Shown: one piece after another, positions 61,962-64,000 of the stretch
Layout of the letters: every line of letters starts with the position of its first letter
Position numbering within the stretch: position 1 is the stretch's first letter
Assembly: GCF_963921235.1 (NCBI RefSeq)
Contig: NC_086109.1
Span: 33,544,001 to 33,608,000 of the forward strand
Length of the DNA: 64,000 bases
Source of the DNA: Mobula hypostoma
Lineage: Eukaryota
Reading direction: 5' to 3'
Made by a program: the position numbers and the translations under genes
The notes under the pieces: model-generated
Told to the model about the DNA's origin: nothing
What the model saw: the letters and a program-made list of their open reading frames with translations, nothing else
Databases searched by the model: none

Positions 61962-62407
61962 AGAAATAGCTAGGAAATTATAGGCCAGTTAGACTGATGT
62001 CAGCCATGGGTAAATTGTTGGAAGACATTCTAAAGGGAAGGATACAGTGGATTCCAGATAATTGGAACAGCCACTATTAACCGGGATTTCAATTGTTTAT
62101 TTGGGACACAACACCTCTTCAGTCAAACCGGAGACTATTGCCAAACGTTTTCGAACTATCGTCAATCACGTGTACTTATGTAGTCCTTAGGCACTACACT
62201 TTGTGATAAAGGTGACACATCTGAACTTGAGCTAGTGACTGCACAGGATGACAGGAAAGTTTTTGTTGAATTATGAGATTACTACATACAAGAGGGCAAT
62301 GAAGGCAGTGTATTATCTACATTAGATGTCTGGGCTGATTTTATTCATTTACAGTCAATCAAAAGAGCATGGCAACGTACTGTATTAATTCCTCTGTTGA
62401 TAACTAT

Positions 62408-63109
62408 TGTAAGGGGGTTTCTTTTTTTATGTCATTGCGTAGTCTAATTAAAATGGCTTCTTTGTTATGTTATAACTGAAAGGGCTTCTTTGTTATGTTA
62501 ACTGCTGAGAAAGTCCTCCCGCTAGCAGTTTGTTTGGATCACGTTACTGATAAGAAGATGTTACGAACCAATTGGGATAGTTGTTATGCTTTTGGTGTGT
62601 CTGTAAGATATTGTATGCGCGAGGTTTGGGAGGAGAAGGCGGGAGAGAGAGAGACAGAGGATGCACCAGGTGCTGTGTGTCCGCTAATGGGGTCGGACCC
62701 TGAGCTGGGCATTCAGCGAGGAGAGGAGACGGAGACGGACTCGTGTGGAGCGTCTGGTCAACCACTGTTGTTGGTGCCAGGCGGCCGGTAGAGGTGGTCC
62801 GAGGGGTCGCAGGGTGAAGAAGAAGGGTCCCGAGCTCCAACTGTTTGTGCACGAAGAGATTAAACTTTGACAAGTGTGGCGCCTTTTATTTTCCTTTTAT
62901 ATTTTATTCTCTATTAATTATATAGTTCCAGTAATATCTATAAACTGTAAATCATTTAATCATATCTGGTGTATCGTCTGTTATTTGGGCGGGGTGGGGT
63001 ACATCACACAGCATCTACACAAACTAATTACCCAGTTTGGTGGGGCCAAGGGCTGTTTCCCTAGATGACAGTGAGCCGAGCGACCCTGAGGCTGGCCAGA
63101 GGGGCTACA
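62408..63109 (+). repeat. Gypsy 5' LTR
   Basis: TGTAAGGGG...GGGGCTACA, followed directly by a PBS and gag. Confidence 0.88.
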
Positions 63110-63114
63110 TTGTG

Positions 63115-63132
63115 TGGGTTTTTGTCCGGGAT
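63115..63132 (+). promoter_or_regulatory. Primer-binding site, tRNA-Pro-like
   Basis: TGGGTTTTTGTCCGGGAT matches 14/18 to TGGGGGCTCGTCCGGGAT and lies just after the LTR end. Confidence 0.75.
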
Positions 63133-63199
63133 TTGATCTACTGGTATGCTGTGTGGTTGCCCTGTTTAAATCAGTAATGTGTGTCTCTGTGGGTTATTT

Positions 63200-64000
63200 G
63201 CCGGTTATTGCTGCATGCGTGATGGGTGAGGTCTTTGTTTGAGTTCAGACTAGCATTGATGAGTTGGAGGTGGAACTCGGGGCTGTCCATGCTGTTGGGA
63301 GAGAGAGGAAAGAGTCTTCTGATTTGGAGGTAGTGTCTGCGAATAAATGTTCTAGCTCTGGCAGGCTCTGCCTGGCGTTTGGGATAGTGTCCACCCCAAG
63401 AAGGGCGGAGGCGTGCGAGACGTGGGCGGAGCGGATCTCTCAGTTGTTAGGTGAGTGGCAGTGCTCGGTTGAGGAAGAGCGACAGGGATTGGTTGAAAGT
63501 TTGAGTAGGCGGGCTGGTGACGGTGTTAGAGCTGTCAGGTTCACTTACACCGCAGTGACAGCTGTCAATTATTTGAAAGAGGCGAGGAAAGTTTTCACTG
63601 TGTCTTCTCTGGCTAGGGGGGGCGGCTAAATTGCTTGCAGTGCCAGGGGGATCATTTCAGGGGATCAGCCCCTCCTTCAGTTGTTCAGCTGATCAGAGAG
63701 GTGCCAGGAAACTTAGTGGAGGCCCACTGGGGGAATGGCTTGGGGTCTCTGGGGAAGCACATTCCCAGCAATGTACCAATGAACTTCCGAAAGGAAAAAA
63801 CCCTATTCCTGAAGACTCAGAGGGACCACACCCCAGGGTGTCATTACGGATAGAGGGAAGCGATGCTAAAGCCATCCTCGATCCCGGGGCGCAGGTCAAG
63901 TTGTTGTACAGTTCGTTTTACAACCGGTGTCTGAAGCATTTACCCTTGACAACTACAAGGGCACTGGAGATTTTGGGTACCAGTGCCAGTAATTATCCAG
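63200..64000 (+). pseudogene. Gypsy gag (PNMA-like capsid) and protease remnant, running off the window
   Basis: ETWAE..SQLLGEWQCS.EE.RQ.LVESL (capsid), a C.QC..DHF knuckle remnant, and [11 protein letters not shown] (aspartic protease D[T/S]G position). Confidence 0.8.

Noticed and set aside
63264..63629. Domesticated PNMA-family gene
   Set aside because: Directly preceded by an LTR and PBS and followed by a protease motif with stops, so it is a decayed Gypsy gag.
1..64000. CRISPR array, retron or other prokaryotic defence system; tRNA or rRNA genes
   Set aside because: The sequence is eukaryotic repeat DNA with no repeat-spacer periodicity. All RT motifs belong to LINE/LTR elements, and tRNA similarity is limited to 18-nt primer-binding sites.

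Overview
This is a 64-kb, almost entirely repeat-derived vertebrate window. The mix of CR1, Rex1/Babar, Penelope, L1, Tx1, Nimb, R4/Dong, Tc1, Tigger and Gypsy elements suggests a cartilaginous fish (inference, not shown directly). I found no intact host gene. The only cellular coding sequence is an intronless RPS16 retrocopy (8336-8776, minus) that keeps its 5'TOP leader. It is fused to a partly inverted Penelope copy, and this composite sits inside a decayed env-bearing endogenous retrovirus (2872-10671). Other main structures: (i) a four-level nest of Nimb/I LINE > Tc1 > Academ (XPG + Cys-rich) > Rex1 at 28.9-38.4 kb; (ii) a young Penelope copy with ~610-bp inverted arms, a 14-bp TSD and minimal hammerhead ribozymes (45.3-47.0 kb); (iii) an old local duplication (about 28.2-39.0 kb vs 44.5-50.4 kb) that supplies empty-site controls; (iv) a Tigger derivative with a long internal hairpin; (v) a full-length L1 with a 15-bp TSD; (vi) several Gypsy pieces. 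Family assignments come from recalled motifs, not database searches, and boundaries without a TSD are approximate. I cannot support a wholly new biological system. The best candidates for novelty are the RPS16-Penelope chimera inside the ERV and the shared Penelope 5' breakpoint.
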